DNA of 64,000 bases from Candidatus Omnitrophota bacterium. GTDB taxonomy: Bacteria > Omnitrophota > Gorgyraeia > DTHP01. Each line of letters begins with the position of its first letter. The first letter of the stretch is position 1. The notes beneath the pieces are model-generated. The model worked only from the letters and a program-made list of their open reading frames with translations, did not search any database and was not told where the DNA came from. Location of the stretch: contig JAMWCW010000002.1 in assembly GCA_023819145.1 (NCBI GenBank), positions 139,231 through 203,230 on the forward strand. Direction: 5' to 3'. Shown in pieces: positions 1 to 9,679 of the stretch. A program made the position numbers and the translations under genes.

Positions 1-524
1 ATACGCGTAGCTTTTTGATAACTCATCCTCTGTGCAAGAAAAGCTCTTAAAACCCTTCCTCCATCCATGGGAAAAGCAGGAAGGAGATTAAAAAATGCCA
101 GCAAGGGATTAATCCAAAAAGCATAGGCAAAGGTTTGTGGCCAGGTATTTAAAGAAGGAGTAAAAAAATATTCGGGGCCAAGAATTTTATACAGAGGAAT
201 AAATAAAACCAGCGCAAAAATGATGTTAAAGAGCGGACCGGATATTGCTACAATAAACTCTTCACGGGGGTTCTCTGGCATCTTACGCATCGCTGCCACC
301 CCTCCGATAGGCATGAGGATAATATTATCTACTTTAATCCCAAACCTCTTTGCCTGGATACTGTGCATAAGCTCATGTACCGTAACACAGAGAAATACAA
401 AGAAAATAATAAATATCCCCCTTAAACCATAACTAAGGCCAAAGATAAGAGGAAGAAGCAAAAAAGTAATATGAATTTCGAGATTTATACCCAAGATTTT
501 AAATAAACGCACTGAACCTTTCAT
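1..524 (-). CDS. Site-2 protease, M50 family membrane metallopeptidase (3' end runs off window)
   Basis: Not in ORF track. Manual translation from ATG at 524 gives MKGSVRLFKILGINLEIH..., with HELMH (HExxH) and NLLPAFPMDGGR motifs. Confidence 0.9.
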   Translation of the reverse strand, partial: MKGSVRLFKILGINLEIHITFLLLPLIFGLSYGLRGIFIIFFVFLCVTVHELMHSIQAKRFGIKVDNIILMPIGGVAAMRKMPENPREEFIVAISGPLFNIIFALVLFIPLYKILGPEYFFTPSLNTWPQTFAYAFWINPLLAFFNLLPAFPMDGGRVLRAFLAQRMSYQKATR

Positions 525-548
525 CTTCTATCCCCATAAATATGGTAT

Positions 549-1823
549 TTAAAGAACTAAAGCTTCTACTATATCTTTTCTATCTTTATCGGAAATCGGT
601 CCGATGAGTGCCAGATTAAGTCCGTTTGTTTTAAAAATACTACTTGCCACCCGTTGAAGGTCATCCATATTTACACGGTTTAATTCTCTCAGAACCTCAC
701 TGGGAGTATAGACCTTATCCATCATCGCCACATTCTCTCCTAACCAAAGCATGTGTTCCATTGTCTCTTCCAAAGCCAACAAAAATTGTCCCGTAAAATA
801 TTCTTTAGCACGTTTGAATTCACTTTGAGTAACCGGTTTATTTTTTATCTTTACTAACTCCTGAATAATTACCTGTATCGCTTGGCTTGTTTTTTTATGC
901 TCAACTCCCGCATTGACAATGAATGCTCCTGTATCCTGAAACTTTTTCAAATGTGTCCCAATCTCATAAGCCAAACCTCTCTTTTCTCTAACTTCTTGAA
1001 AAAGACGAGAAGACATATTTGCTCCTAAGATAATATGCAGAAGAGTAAGTGCATGCCTATCCCGATGTCCACGTGGTAATCCGTGGACCCCCAAGGCAAC
1101 ATGAGTCTGTTCGGTATCTTTTTCTGTAAAATTTGTCTGAACGCCATTTTGTTTTAGCCCTGCTTTTTTAAAATTAATCTTTGCCCCCCTTCTAATTCGA
1201 GAAAATATTTTTTTAGCCAATTCAAGAAATTTATCTTTCTCCAGATTTCCACAAGCAACCACATTTATGTGCTGGGGCTGATAAAATCTGTCCCGATAAG
1301 AAACAATATCTTCTCTTTTCATCGTGGAAATAGTCTCGAATGTCCCGCACAAGAACATTCCCAAAGGATGCTTTGGCCAAAGGAGTTGACTAAGCAGTTC
1401 CTGAACATAATGCATTGGTAAATCCATATACATCTTTATCTCCTCTAAAATCACCGTCCTTTCCTTTTCTATATCATTTGAATCTAAGCGGGCACTGAGG
1501 ACCATGTCCGAAAGCACATCTAAAGATAATTTTAAATAGCGTGAAGGAATCTTCACAAAATAACAAGTCATTTCTTCTGCGGTAAAGGCGTTAAGCATGC
1601 CTCCGATGCCTTCGATGGACTCTTTTATCTGACGCGCAGTTCTTTTTTTAGTTCCCCGAAAAACAAGATGTTCCAAAAAATGAGAAACACCGGAAAGCGA
1701 TTCTTCTTCATATCTCCCACCAGCGTTAAGCCAGATGCCCAGTGAAACTGATTCCATATTAGGCATAGGGAGACAGGCAACTTTCAACCCATTTTCCAAC
1801 TCTATCTTTGTGTAAGCCGCCAT
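549..1823 (-). CDS. M16 family (pitrilysin-like) zinc peptidase
   Basis: HFLEH inverted zinc motif, LNAFT and SSRLFQEVREKRGLAY. Confidence 0.92.
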   Translation of the reverse strand: MAAYTKIELENGLKVACLPMPNMESVSLGIWLNAGGRYEEESLSGVSHFLEHLVFRGTKKRTARQIKESIEGIGGMLNAFTAEEMTCYFVKIPSRYLKLSLDVLSDMVLSARLDSNDIEKERTVILEEIKMYMDLPMHYVQELLSQLLWPKHPLGMFLCGTFETISTMKREDIVSYRDRFYQPQHINVVACGNLEKDKFLELAKKIFSRIRRGAKINFKKAGLKQNGVQTNFTEKDTEQTHVALGVHGLPRGHRDRHALTLLHIILGANMSSRLFQEVREKRGLAYEIGTHLKKFQDTGAFIVNAGVEHKKTSQAIQVIIQELVKIKNKPVTQSEFKRAKEYFTGQFLLALEETMEHMLWLGENVAMMDKVYTPSEVLRELNRVNMDDLQRVASSIFKTNGLNLALIGPISDKDRKDIVEALVL

Positions 1824-1854
1824 AGGTAAATTAATTTGCTAAAACCAAAATGCG

Positions 1855-2286
1855 TTATTCATTATGATTCTTTATATTTGCATTATAATCAAGGTAACTC
1901 TGTAATATTATCTGGGCAGAAATTTTATCTATTACCTGCCTTCTTTTTTTCCTTTTAACATCTGCCTGGATAAGCATTCTCTCTGCTTCTAATGTTGTAA
2001 ACCTTTCATCCCAGGTTTCTATAGGTAAATTAAGATTCTTTCGCAAAATATTGATAAACTCTGATACCGACGAAGATTGTGTTGATTTTCCATATTTATC
2101 TAAAGGTATCCCGATGACAATTTTATCTACGCCATAATTTTTAATTATACTCTTTAAGAATAAGAGATCCTCATCTTGATTCCTGGTTTCCCAAACATTA
2201 ATCCCTTGGGCAGTAATCTTTAACTCATCGCTTATCGCTAAACCCATCCGCCTTTCTCCGAAATCAATCCCCAGAATTCTCCCCAT
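1855..2286 (-). CDS. ruvX: YqgF/RuvX nuclease (pre-16S rRNA maturation)
   Basis: ILGIDFGERRMGLAISD, WDERFTT and ID..SAQIILQSYLD motifs; start trimmed to MGRILG. Confidence 0.92.
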   Translation of the reverse strand: MGRILGIDFGERRMGLAISDELKITAQGINVWETRNQDEDLLFLKSIIKNYGVDKIVIGIPLDKYGKSTQSSSVSEFINILRKNLNLPIETWDERFTTLEAERMLIQADVKRKKRRQVIDKISAQIILQSYLDYNANIKNHNE

Positions 2287-2322
2287 AAATATACGCAAAA
2301 CTAAACAAAATGCAATGTAAAA

Positions 2323-3429
2323 TTAAATGTATTCTCTAATTCTTTGATTTCTCTCTAAAAGATGAACCATCTTTCTTAAATCCTTAGTTTTAAATTTGGG
2401 GCAAATTAAACTTACATCCGGAGTGTGTATAATTATCAGATTATCTAAACCCAAAGTAGCGACAAGATGTCCTTTATCTTCGTTGATAATTATTGAATCT
2501 TTTGTTTTATACAAAAAATTTTCACCTAAACAGACATTACCAGTTCTATCTTTTCTTAAAACGCTTGCCAAAGACTCCCAGCTTCCCAAATCGAGCCAAG
2601 AAAAATTTGCCTTGAGCATATAAACAGAAGGGGATTTTTCTATAATTGCCTTATCTATAGAAATGGAGGTGACTTTCTTGTAGATGCACTTAAGTAATAA
2701 ATTAAATTTTTTCTGATTAGCGAATTTTGCCAAATAACTAAACTCTTTGTATACCAGAGGGGAAAATTCTTCTGTTTCTTTTAGAATCTTATCTGCTCCA
2801 AAAACAAATATCCCCAAATTCCAAAAGAATTTTTTGTCTTTAGAGAAAATAATAGCTCTTTCTAAAGAGGGCTTCTCAATAAATTTTTCTACCTTGTAAA
2901 TTTCTAATTCCTCTTTACCATGCTGGGCAAGTTCTTTAATTTTTGATTTTATTTTTATGTATCCGTAGTCTGTATTAGGATAATTGGGTTTTATTCCCAA
3001 GGTAAGTATACAATCTTTTCTTTCTACAACTTCCTTGGCTTTCCTAAGGACGTTTAAAAAATTTCTTTTTGGCTTAATGAAATGGTCTGATGGTAAAACC
3101 GCGATTATTGCCTGGGGAAATCTTCTTTTTATCCAAATTGTTCCTAACAATATAGCGGGGAGGGTGTTTTTCCCCTCTGGTTCAATGATTAAATTCTCTT
3201 TATGCAGGGAAGGTAGCTGTTTTTTTATTTTTTTAGCCTGTTCTTCTAAAGTAATTACGAAAATATTTTCCTCGGGAATAAAACCCTGTAAACGTTTATA
3301 GGTGTTCTGTAATAAAGAATATCGGAAATTCAAAGAAAGCGTATGCTTAGGAAATTTTTTATTTGATTTTGGCCAAAGCCTTATTCCTCTTCCCCCTGCA
3401 AGGATTAGAACATGAAAATTAGAAAACAT
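2323..3429 (-). CDS. manC: Mannose-1-phosphate guanylyltransferase (no PMI domain)
   Basis: LAGGRGIRLWP.S...PK, EPEGKNT, PSDH, FIEKP and WLDLGSW motifs. Confidence 0.85.
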   Translation of the reverse strand: MFSNFHVLILAGGRGIRLWPKSNKKFPKHTLSLNFRYSLLQNTYKRLQGFIPEENIFVITLEEQAKKIKKQLPSLHKENLIIEPEGKNTLPAILLGTIWIKRRFPQAIIAVLPSDHFIKPKRNFLNVLRKAKEVVERKDCILTLGIKPNYPNTDYGYIKIKSKIKELAQHGKEELEIYKVEKFIEKPSLERAIIFSKDKKFFWNLGIFVFGADKILKETEEFSPLVYKEFSYLAKFANQKKFNLLLKCIYKKVTSISIDKAIIEKSPSVYMLKANFSWLDLGSWESLASVLRKDRTGNVCLGENFLYKTKDSIIINEDKGHLVATLGLDNLIIIHTPDVSLICPKFKTKDLRKMVHLLERNQRIREYI

Positions 3430-3450
3430 AGTAATTAATTATTCGATAGT

Positions 3451-4239
3451 TTATTTGTTGAGCATTAATTTCACGAAAGCTCCCACTTTACTTACGAGGA
3501 AAGATTTTCCTAAATTCTTCTCAATAATACTCACAATAGCACTGCCTACAACTACCCCATCACTAAATTCTAAAACTTTCCTTACCTGCTGGGGATGGGA
3601 AATTCCAAATCCTACACATAGCGGTTTAGAGGTAAATTTTTTAACATTCAGAACTTCCTTCTTTAATCCCAAAGGAAGCATCTCCCTTATACCCGTTACT
3701 CCTGTCAAAGAGACATAATAGATAAAGCCCTCTGAAGCTCTAACGATTTTTTTTAACCTTTCTGAATTAGAAGTGGGCGAAGCCAAAAAGATGGGATAAA
3801 AATCACATCTTTTAGCTACCTTTAGCAAATCGTTTGCCTCTTCAGGAATAAGGTCAGGAATAATTACGCCATCTACCCCGTTACTTTTTGATTCTTTGAC
3901 GAATCTTTCTATCCTCTGATGAAAAATAATATTAAAATAGCTCATCAAAATAATGGGAATCTCTGTTTTTTTGCGTAACTTAGAAACTAAGTTTAGAATA
4001 TGGGATAAATTTATTCCCTTTCTTAATGCCCGTAATCCTGCTTTTTGAATGATTGGCCCATCAGCTACAGGGTCAGAAAAAGGAACCCCTAATTCCACAA
4101 TATCTACTCCAGAGGCTTCTAATTCTAAAACTAAATTGTAGGTTGTTTCTAAATCTGGATCCCCTGCCATAATATACGCAATAAACGCCTTCTCTCCATT
4201 TTCTTTCAAATTCTTGAATTTAATTTCAATGCGATTCAT
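3451..4239 (-). CDS. trpA: Tryptophan synthase alpha subunit
   Basis: AGDP, ELGVPFSDPVADGPIIQ, VGFGIS and DGVVVGSA motifs; likely start MNRIE. Confidence 0.97.
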   Translation of the reverse strand: MNRIEIKFKNLKENGEKAFIAYIMAGDPDLETTYNLVLELEASGVDIVELGVPFSDPVADGPIIQKAGLRALRKGINLSHILNLVSKLRKKTEIPIILMSYFNIIFHQRIERFVKESKSNGVDGVIIPDLIPEEANDLLKVAKRCDFYPIFLASPTSNSERLKKIVRASEGFIYYVSLTGVTGIREMLPLGLKKEVLNVKKFTSKPLCVGFGISHPQQVRKVLEFSDGVVVGSAIVSIIEKNLGKSFLVSKVGAFVKLMLNK

Positions 4240-4429
4240 ATAACAAATTAAAAAATGCAAAAATAAAAATTACCTCTCAAAATTAAAACTCTAAACCATA
4301 AATAAACTCATAACACAAAACAAAAATTTTTGGATGTTAGGAAATTAATACTTTGCAAATGTGAATTTTTGAATCTATGATTTAATCCTAAGCTTTCCAT
4401 TATTATTTTGATAGTTACTTACCACAATC

Positions 4430-5617
4430 TTAAGTGATATTTGAGCTTATCTTAGATACTATTTCCACATCTTTGTCCCCCCTTCCCGAAAGACAAATGA
4501 CAATTATCTCTTTTTTTGACAACTTAGGGGCCAATTTTGAAGCATAATAGATAGCATGGGCCGGTTCCAAAGCAGGAATTATGCCCTCGGTTTCTGAAAG
4601 CATTTTAAAGCCTAACAGAGCTTCCCTATCGGTAACCGCAATATATTTCGCCCGACCAATCTTTTTATAATAAGCATGCTCCGGTCCCACTCCGGGATAA
4701 TCCAAGCCGGCGGAAACAGAATGAGCCAATTTAATCTGCCCTGATTTATCCTGAAGAAAAAAACTTTTACTTCCGTGCAATATCCCTACCTCCCCTTTCT
4801 CTAAAGTAGCAGCGTGCTTTCCTGAAGAGAGTCCTAAACCTCCTGCTTCTATACCGATGAACTTAACTTGTTTATCCTTAAAAAAAGGGTAAAATATCCC
4901 AATAGCATTACTTCCCCCACCTACACAGGCAATGAGATAATCAGGAAGCCTCTTCTCTTTCTCCAGAATTTGCTTTTTGGTTTCTCTGCCAATTACCGAC
5001 TGAAAATCTCTAACCATCATTGGGAAAGGGTGTGGCCCTACTACCGAACCTAAACAATAATGAGTATTTCTCACATTGCCTACCCAGTCTCTCAACGCTT
5101 CATTTATAGCATCTTTTAAAGTTTTGCTTCCGGTGCTTACAGGTATTACTTCTGCCCCTAAAAGTTCCATGCGAAAAACATTCAATGCCTGTCTTTTTAT
5201 GTCTTCCTCTCCCATATAAATTACACCTTTTAAACCAAACAAACTAGCCACTGTCGCAACCGCTACGCCATGCTGTCCTGCACCGGTTTCGGCAATAATT
5301 CGTTTTTTCCCCATGCGTAAAGTAAGTAAAGCTTGCCCCAGAGTATTATTTATCTTATGCGCACCAGTATGCAAAAGATCTTCTCTTTTTAAATATATCT
5401 TCCCCCCTCCTAAAAATTTTGTCAAATTTTTAGCAAAATAAAGAGGAGTAGGACGTCCAGCATATTCACGCAAATAATAACTTAATTCCCTTTGAAATTC
5501 TTTTTCTACCTTCGCTTTACTGTAGGCATGTTCAAGTTCTTCTAAGGCAAAAACAAGCGTCTCGGGAATAAATCTTCCCCCAAAATCTCCAAAATATCCC
5601 TTCTTATCGGGTAACAT
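4430..5617 (-). CDS. trpB: Tryptophan synthase beta subunit
   Basis: [15 protein letters not shown] (PLP Lys), AETGAGQHG and [13 protein letters not shown]. Confidence 0.98.
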   Translation of the reverse strand: MLPDKKGYFGDFGGRFIPETLVFALEELEHAYSKAKVEKEFQRELSYYLREYAGRPTPLYFAKNLTKFLGGGKIYLKREDLLHTGAHKINNTLGQALLTLRMGKKRIIAETGAGQHGVAVATVASLFGLKGVIYMGEEDIKRQALNVFRMELLGAEVIPVSTGSKTLKDAINEALRDWVGNVRNTHYCLGSVVGPHPFPMMVRDFQSVIGRETKKQILEKEKRLPDYLIACVGGGSNAIGIFYPFFKDKQVKFIGIEAGGLGLSSGKHAATLEKGEVGILHGSKSFFLQDKSGQIKLAHSVSAGLDYPGVGPEHAYYKKIGRAKYIAVTDREALLGFKMLSETEGIIPALEPAHAIYYASKLAPKLSKKEIIVICLSGRGDKDVEIVSKISSNIT

Positions 5618-5709
5618 CTTCCTTTACTCCGTTCGGGATTTGTTTAAATGGTAATTTATTTGAAAGGTTAAATAAATTTTTCTAATACTCTATTCAACTA
5701 TTTAACTAT

Positions 5710-6237
5710 TTAACTATCTTTAACTTCCCCGAGATATATTTTCCTCACTGTATTGAAAAAATCAATATATGGGAAAGTGCGATAGTCCGGATAAGTCGTC
5801 TCAAAATAGCAAAAACTTTCTTTTTTAAAATAGAGTGTAACTTCTGCATATATCCCCTTTTCTAAATAAATCCGATGGTAATAATTTTTAGTCGTAGCAA
5901 GCACAAGCTTAGAATCAGTGAGATAACCAGGGTCTAAATTAATTTGGCGTCTATCGTTTAAAGCAAACCTTTTTTCTAATTTATTGGTAAAAATCTTAAT
6001 TCTTGCAATCTTATCCGGGCTAATCAATTTTTTGAAAGATAAGAATTTGCGTTTCAAATCCTTACCCATTTCTTGTTCGTAATAATCAGTTTTATTAAAG
6101 GGGAAAATATCACTTTCTAAATCCACTTTACCAAATTTCTGTTCTAAGACATTCTTTATTTTATCAAAAAGCTCAATTTTGGAGGAAATCATCCCCATAA
6201 TTAATTTTACAGGTTTTGGATTATAAACCTTTCCCAT
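5710..6237 (-). CDS. DUF4416 family protein
   Basis: TDYYEQEMG, RQINLDPGY, HRIYL..GIYAEVTL and YPDY motifs recognised from the family. Confidence 0.8.
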   Translation of the reverse strand: MGKVYNPKPVKLIMGMISSKIELFDKIKNVLEQKFGKVDLESDIFPFNKTDYYEQEMGKDLKRKFLSFKKLISPDKIARIKIFTNKLEKRFALNDRRQINLDPGYLTDSKLVLATTKNYYHRIYLEKGIYAEVTLYFKKESFCYFETTYPDYRTFPYIDFFNTVRKIYLGEVKDS

Positions 6238-6329
6238 TAATCCCTAAGGTAATTAACCATCTTTTTATTATGCAATTCTTATAAAAAATAAAAAGACCAA
6301 AACGCATTTTTTATTTAAATCTAATTTTT

Positions 6330-7649
6330 CTAAATTTCAAAATCCTCTGTTCTTATGCTCATAAGGAACTCGGCATTGGTCTTGGTTTTGGAAAGTTTAG
6401 AAATAAGAAATTGCATTGCTTCTTCAGGATTAAGGGTGTGCAAGGCTTTTCTTAAAATCCACATCCGTTTTAATTCTTCCGGGTCAAGAATTAATTCCTC
6501 TCTTCGTGTAGCAGATTTACTGATATCTATTGCAGGATATATCTTCTTCTGGAAAAGTTCCCTATTTAGCTGAAGTTCCATATTTCCGGTCCCCTTAAAT
6601 TCTTCAAAGATAACATCATCCATACGGCTACCTGTATCTACCAGGGCGGTAGCAATAATTGTAAGACTCCCTCCTTCTTCTACACACCGCGCCGAACCAA
6701 AGAAGCGTTTCGGTTTAATGAGCGCAGTGGCATCAATACCTCCAGAAAGAACCCTTCCGCTATGAGGTGCAACGGTATTATAGGCGCGTGCTAAACGAGT
6801 CATACTATCCAAAAGAATTACAACGTCTCTTTTGTTTTCTACTAACCTCTTGGCTTTTTCCAAGACTATCTCTGCTACCTGAATATGCCTCTCTGCCGGT
6901 TCGTCAAATGTTGAAGAGATCACCTCGGCTTTAACCGAACGTTGCATATCGGTTACTTCCTCTGGACGTTCATCAATAAGCAGAATAATGAGAACAATGT
7001 CTGGATAGTTTTTAGTAATACTATTAGCGATCTTTTGCAAAAGAATGGTCTTACCACTATAAGGAGGAGCAACAATCAAACCCCTCTGCCCCATTCCAAT
7101 GGGTGCAAGTAAATCAATAATCCTGGTGGAGATTTCATCAGAAGCATTTTCTAAAATAATTCTTTTCTGGGGATAGAGAGGGGTTAAATTATCAAAAAAT
7201 ATCTTATCCTTTCTTTCCTCGGGATTTCCGAGATTTATTGCCTCTACCTTAAGCAGGGCAAAATAGCGTTCGCCTTCTTTAGGAGGTCTAATCTGTCCGC
7301 TTACAATGTCTCCTGTTTTTAAATCAAATTTCCTTATTTGTGAAGGAGAAACATATATGTCATCGGGTGAAGGTAGATAGTTATAATTCGGACTTCGCAA
7401 GAAACCAAACCCTTCCTGAAGGACTTCCAGAACCCCTTCACCAAACATAAATCCTTCCCTTTCCGCCTGCCCCTGTAGGATTTTAAAAATAAGGTCTTGC
7501 TTCTTCAAACCACTAACGCCATTAACATTTAGATCCTTGGCTAACTTATTTAATTCAGAAATCTTCATATCTTTAAGCCGCGCAATATCCAGTCTCTCTG
7601 ATTTATTTGTTTCATTCATTTGCTCTGATTGCTGATTATTCTTTTCCAT
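6330..7649 (-). CDS. rho: Transcription termination factor Rho
   Basis: [16 protein letters not shown], Walker [18 protein letters not shown] and FKGTGNME; start could be 7619. Confidence 0.98.
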   Translation of the reverse strand: MEKNNQQSEQMNETNKSERLDIARLKDMKISELNKLAKDLNVNGVSGLKKQDLIFKILQGQAEREGFMFGEGVLEVLQEGFGFLRSPNYNYLPSPDDIYVSPSQIRKFDLKTGDIVSGQIRPPKEGERYFALLKVEAINLGNPEERKDKIFFDNLTPLYPQKRIILENASDEISTRIIDLLAPIGMGQRGLIVAPPYSGKTILLQKIANSITKNYPDIVLIILLIDERPEEVTDMQRSVKAEVISSTFDEPAERHIQVAEIVLEKAKRLVENKRDVVILLDSMTRLARAYNTVAPHSGRVLSGGIDATALIKPKRFFGSARCVEEGGSLTIIATALVDTGSRMDDVIFEEFKGTGNMELQLNRELFQKKIYPAIDISKSATRREELILDPEELKRMWILRKALHTLNPEEAMQFLISKLSKTKTNAEFLMSIRTEDFEI

Positions 7650-8221
7650 ATCTCATCTACCTGCCTTTCTGTAAAATTTAAGGTTTTAGTGTTGTCTACA
7701 ACAAAATCCGACTTGGGAAATTTCTCTTGGAAAGACAATTGAAACTTAACTCTTCTTTTAAACTCTTCTTCTGAAAGACCCAGTTTTAAATGTGCCCTTT
7801 GACAAGCCTGCTTTAAATTTGCCTTCGTTAATATCACATAATTAACCAGCTTGTCCAACCCACTTTCTATAAGCAAAGGAGCATCTATCACTAAAAACTC
7901 TAAACCCTGCCTACGCGCCTTCTTAATCTCTTTCTTTATAATCTTTAAAACTTCCGGATGGACAATCTTGCATAGAAGGCGCCAGTTTCTAAAATTACTA
8001 AAACAAATTTTGGCTAATTTTTTACGGTCTATTAAACCTGTAGAAGCTAGCACATCGTTGCCAAAACCTTTAAGAATTTTTTTACCAACGGTGGTATTCA
8101 GATTGAGTAAACGATGGGTAATTTTATCTGCATCAATAACCTTTGCGCCTCGACGTGATAAAAAATTTGCTACGGTACTTTTACCTGAGCCGGTATTCCC
8201 TGTGACTCCCACAATTATCAT
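7616..8221 (-). CDS. coaE: Dephospho-CoA kinase
   Basis: [20 protein letters not shown] and DAPLLIE motifs. Confidence 0.95.
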   Translation of the reverse strand: MIIVGVTGNTGSGKSTVANFLSRRGAKVIDADKITHRLLNLNTTVGKKILKGFGNDVLASTGLIDRKKLAKICFSNFRNWRLLCKIVHPEVLKIIKKEIKKARRQGLEFLVIDAPLLIESGLDKLVNYVILTKANLKQACQRAHLKLGLSEEEFKRRVKFQLSFQEKFPKSDFVVDNTKTLNFTERQVDEIWKRIISNQSK

Positions 8222-8238
8222 AAAGACAAAAAGATTTC

Positions 8239-9651
8239 TTAAATCGGAAGGAGGGAATTAGTTAATGCTAAAACATTGCGATAGAGTTTTAAATATTTTT
8301 GGGCTGAAACCTTCCAAGAGAAATCTGAATCCATTGCTCTCTTTACTAACCGCATCCATGCTTTCTTATCTTTGTATACTGACAGCGTGCGTTTTATCGC
8401 TTCTAACAAACTTACAGAACTGTAGGTAGTAAAAGTAAAGCCGTTACCTGTATCTGAACGAGGCTCATAGTCAATAATCGTATCTGCCAAACCACCGGTT
8501 TTCCTTACCACGGGAATTGTCCCATATTTTAAACTTATCATCTGTCCCAAACCACAGGGCTCAAAGCGAGAAGGCATAAGAAAGATATCAGAACTTGCAT
8601 AAATCTTTCTTGCTAAGTCAGCATCAAATTTTAAATTTATGGATGTTTTGCGAGGATATCTGGCTTTAATCTGTTCAAAAAGATCATGATAGACTTTATC
8701 GCCCGTTCCCAAAAGGATAAATTGTAAATCCATCTTACAGAGAGTTTCAATTATCGGAGCCAAAATATCTAAACCTTTTTGGTCAGCCAAACGAGTTATA
8801 ATCCCTAAAAGAGGAACATCCTTATTAATCTCCAAACCCGCTTCTAACTGAAGATACTCCTTGTTTACATATTTATTCTGAATGGTGTTATAAGAATATC
8901 TACAGGGTATAACCGTATCTTTAAGAGGATTCCAAATGCTATAATCAATACCGTTAAGTATGCCTACTAAATTATCTTTCCTTTTGGCAAGGAGTCCATC
9001 TAAACCACAACCGAATTCTTTTGTCTGTATCTCCTTACTATAAGTAGGACTTACTGTAGTAATAAAGTCAGAAAATATTATACCACCTTTCATAATATTT
9101 ACTTTATCGTAGAATTCAAAACCATCTATATTAAAGAAAGACCAGTCTAAACCGGTACGAGGAAATTGCTCTTTAGGAAAAATACCTTGGTAAGCAAGGT
9201 TGTGAATAGTAAAAATTGTTTTAGTATTTTTAAAGAAAGGGTCTTCTTTAAAAATGGTTCTTAAATAGACCGGAACCAGTGCAGTCTGCCAATCGTTACA
9301 GTGGATTATGTCCGGAGCAAAGTTGTTTTCTTTAGCGATATTAAATATTTCTTTGGAAAAATACGCAAATCTATCCAAGTTGTCAGGATAATCACCTTCA
9401 GAAGTTCCGTAAAGATAATCTCTATTAAAATATTCACGGTGATTAACAAAATAGACTATCACATTATTACTCAGAAAACCTTTATTACCATTTGCCTTCA
9501 TGTTCTTATAACGGGGCATAACCACCCTTATATCCACCCCTAATTTTCCCATCGCAATAGGTAAAGAACCGGCTACATCTGCCAATCCTCCTGTCTTAGC
9601 AAAAGGTTCTACTTCACTTGCCACATACAAAACTTTTAGACTTTCTGCCAA
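8239..9651 (-). CDS. glgA: Glycogen synthase (GT5)
   Basis: KTGGLADV, HCNDWQT, TIHNLAYQG and PSRFEPCGL; TTG start. Confidence 0.96.
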   Translation of the reverse strand: MAESLKVLYVASEVEPFAKTGGLADVAGSLPIAMGKLGVDIRVVMPRYKNMKANGNKGFLSNNVIVYFVNHREYFNRDYLYGTSEGDYPDNLDRFAYFSKEIFNIAKENNFAPDIIHCNDWQTALVPVYLRTIFKEDPFFKNTKTIFTIHNLAYQGIFPKEQFPRTGLDWSFFNIDGFEFYDKVNIMKGGIIFSDFITTVSPTYSKEIQTKEFGCGLDGLLAKRKDNLVGILNGIDYSIWNPLKDTVIPCRYSYNTIQNKYVNKEYLQLEAGLEINKDVPLLGIITRLADQKGLDILAPIIETLCKMDLQFILLGTGDKVYHDLFEQIKARYPRKTSINLKFDADLARKIYASSDIFLMPSRFEPCGLGQMISLKYGTIPVVRKTGGLADTIIDYEPRSDTGNGFTFTTYSSVSLLEAIKRTLSVYKDKKAWMRLVKRAMDSDFSWKVSAQKYLKLYRNVLALTNSLLPI

Positions 9652-9679
9652 TTTGTCCTCCTTTCTTTCTTCTTAACTC

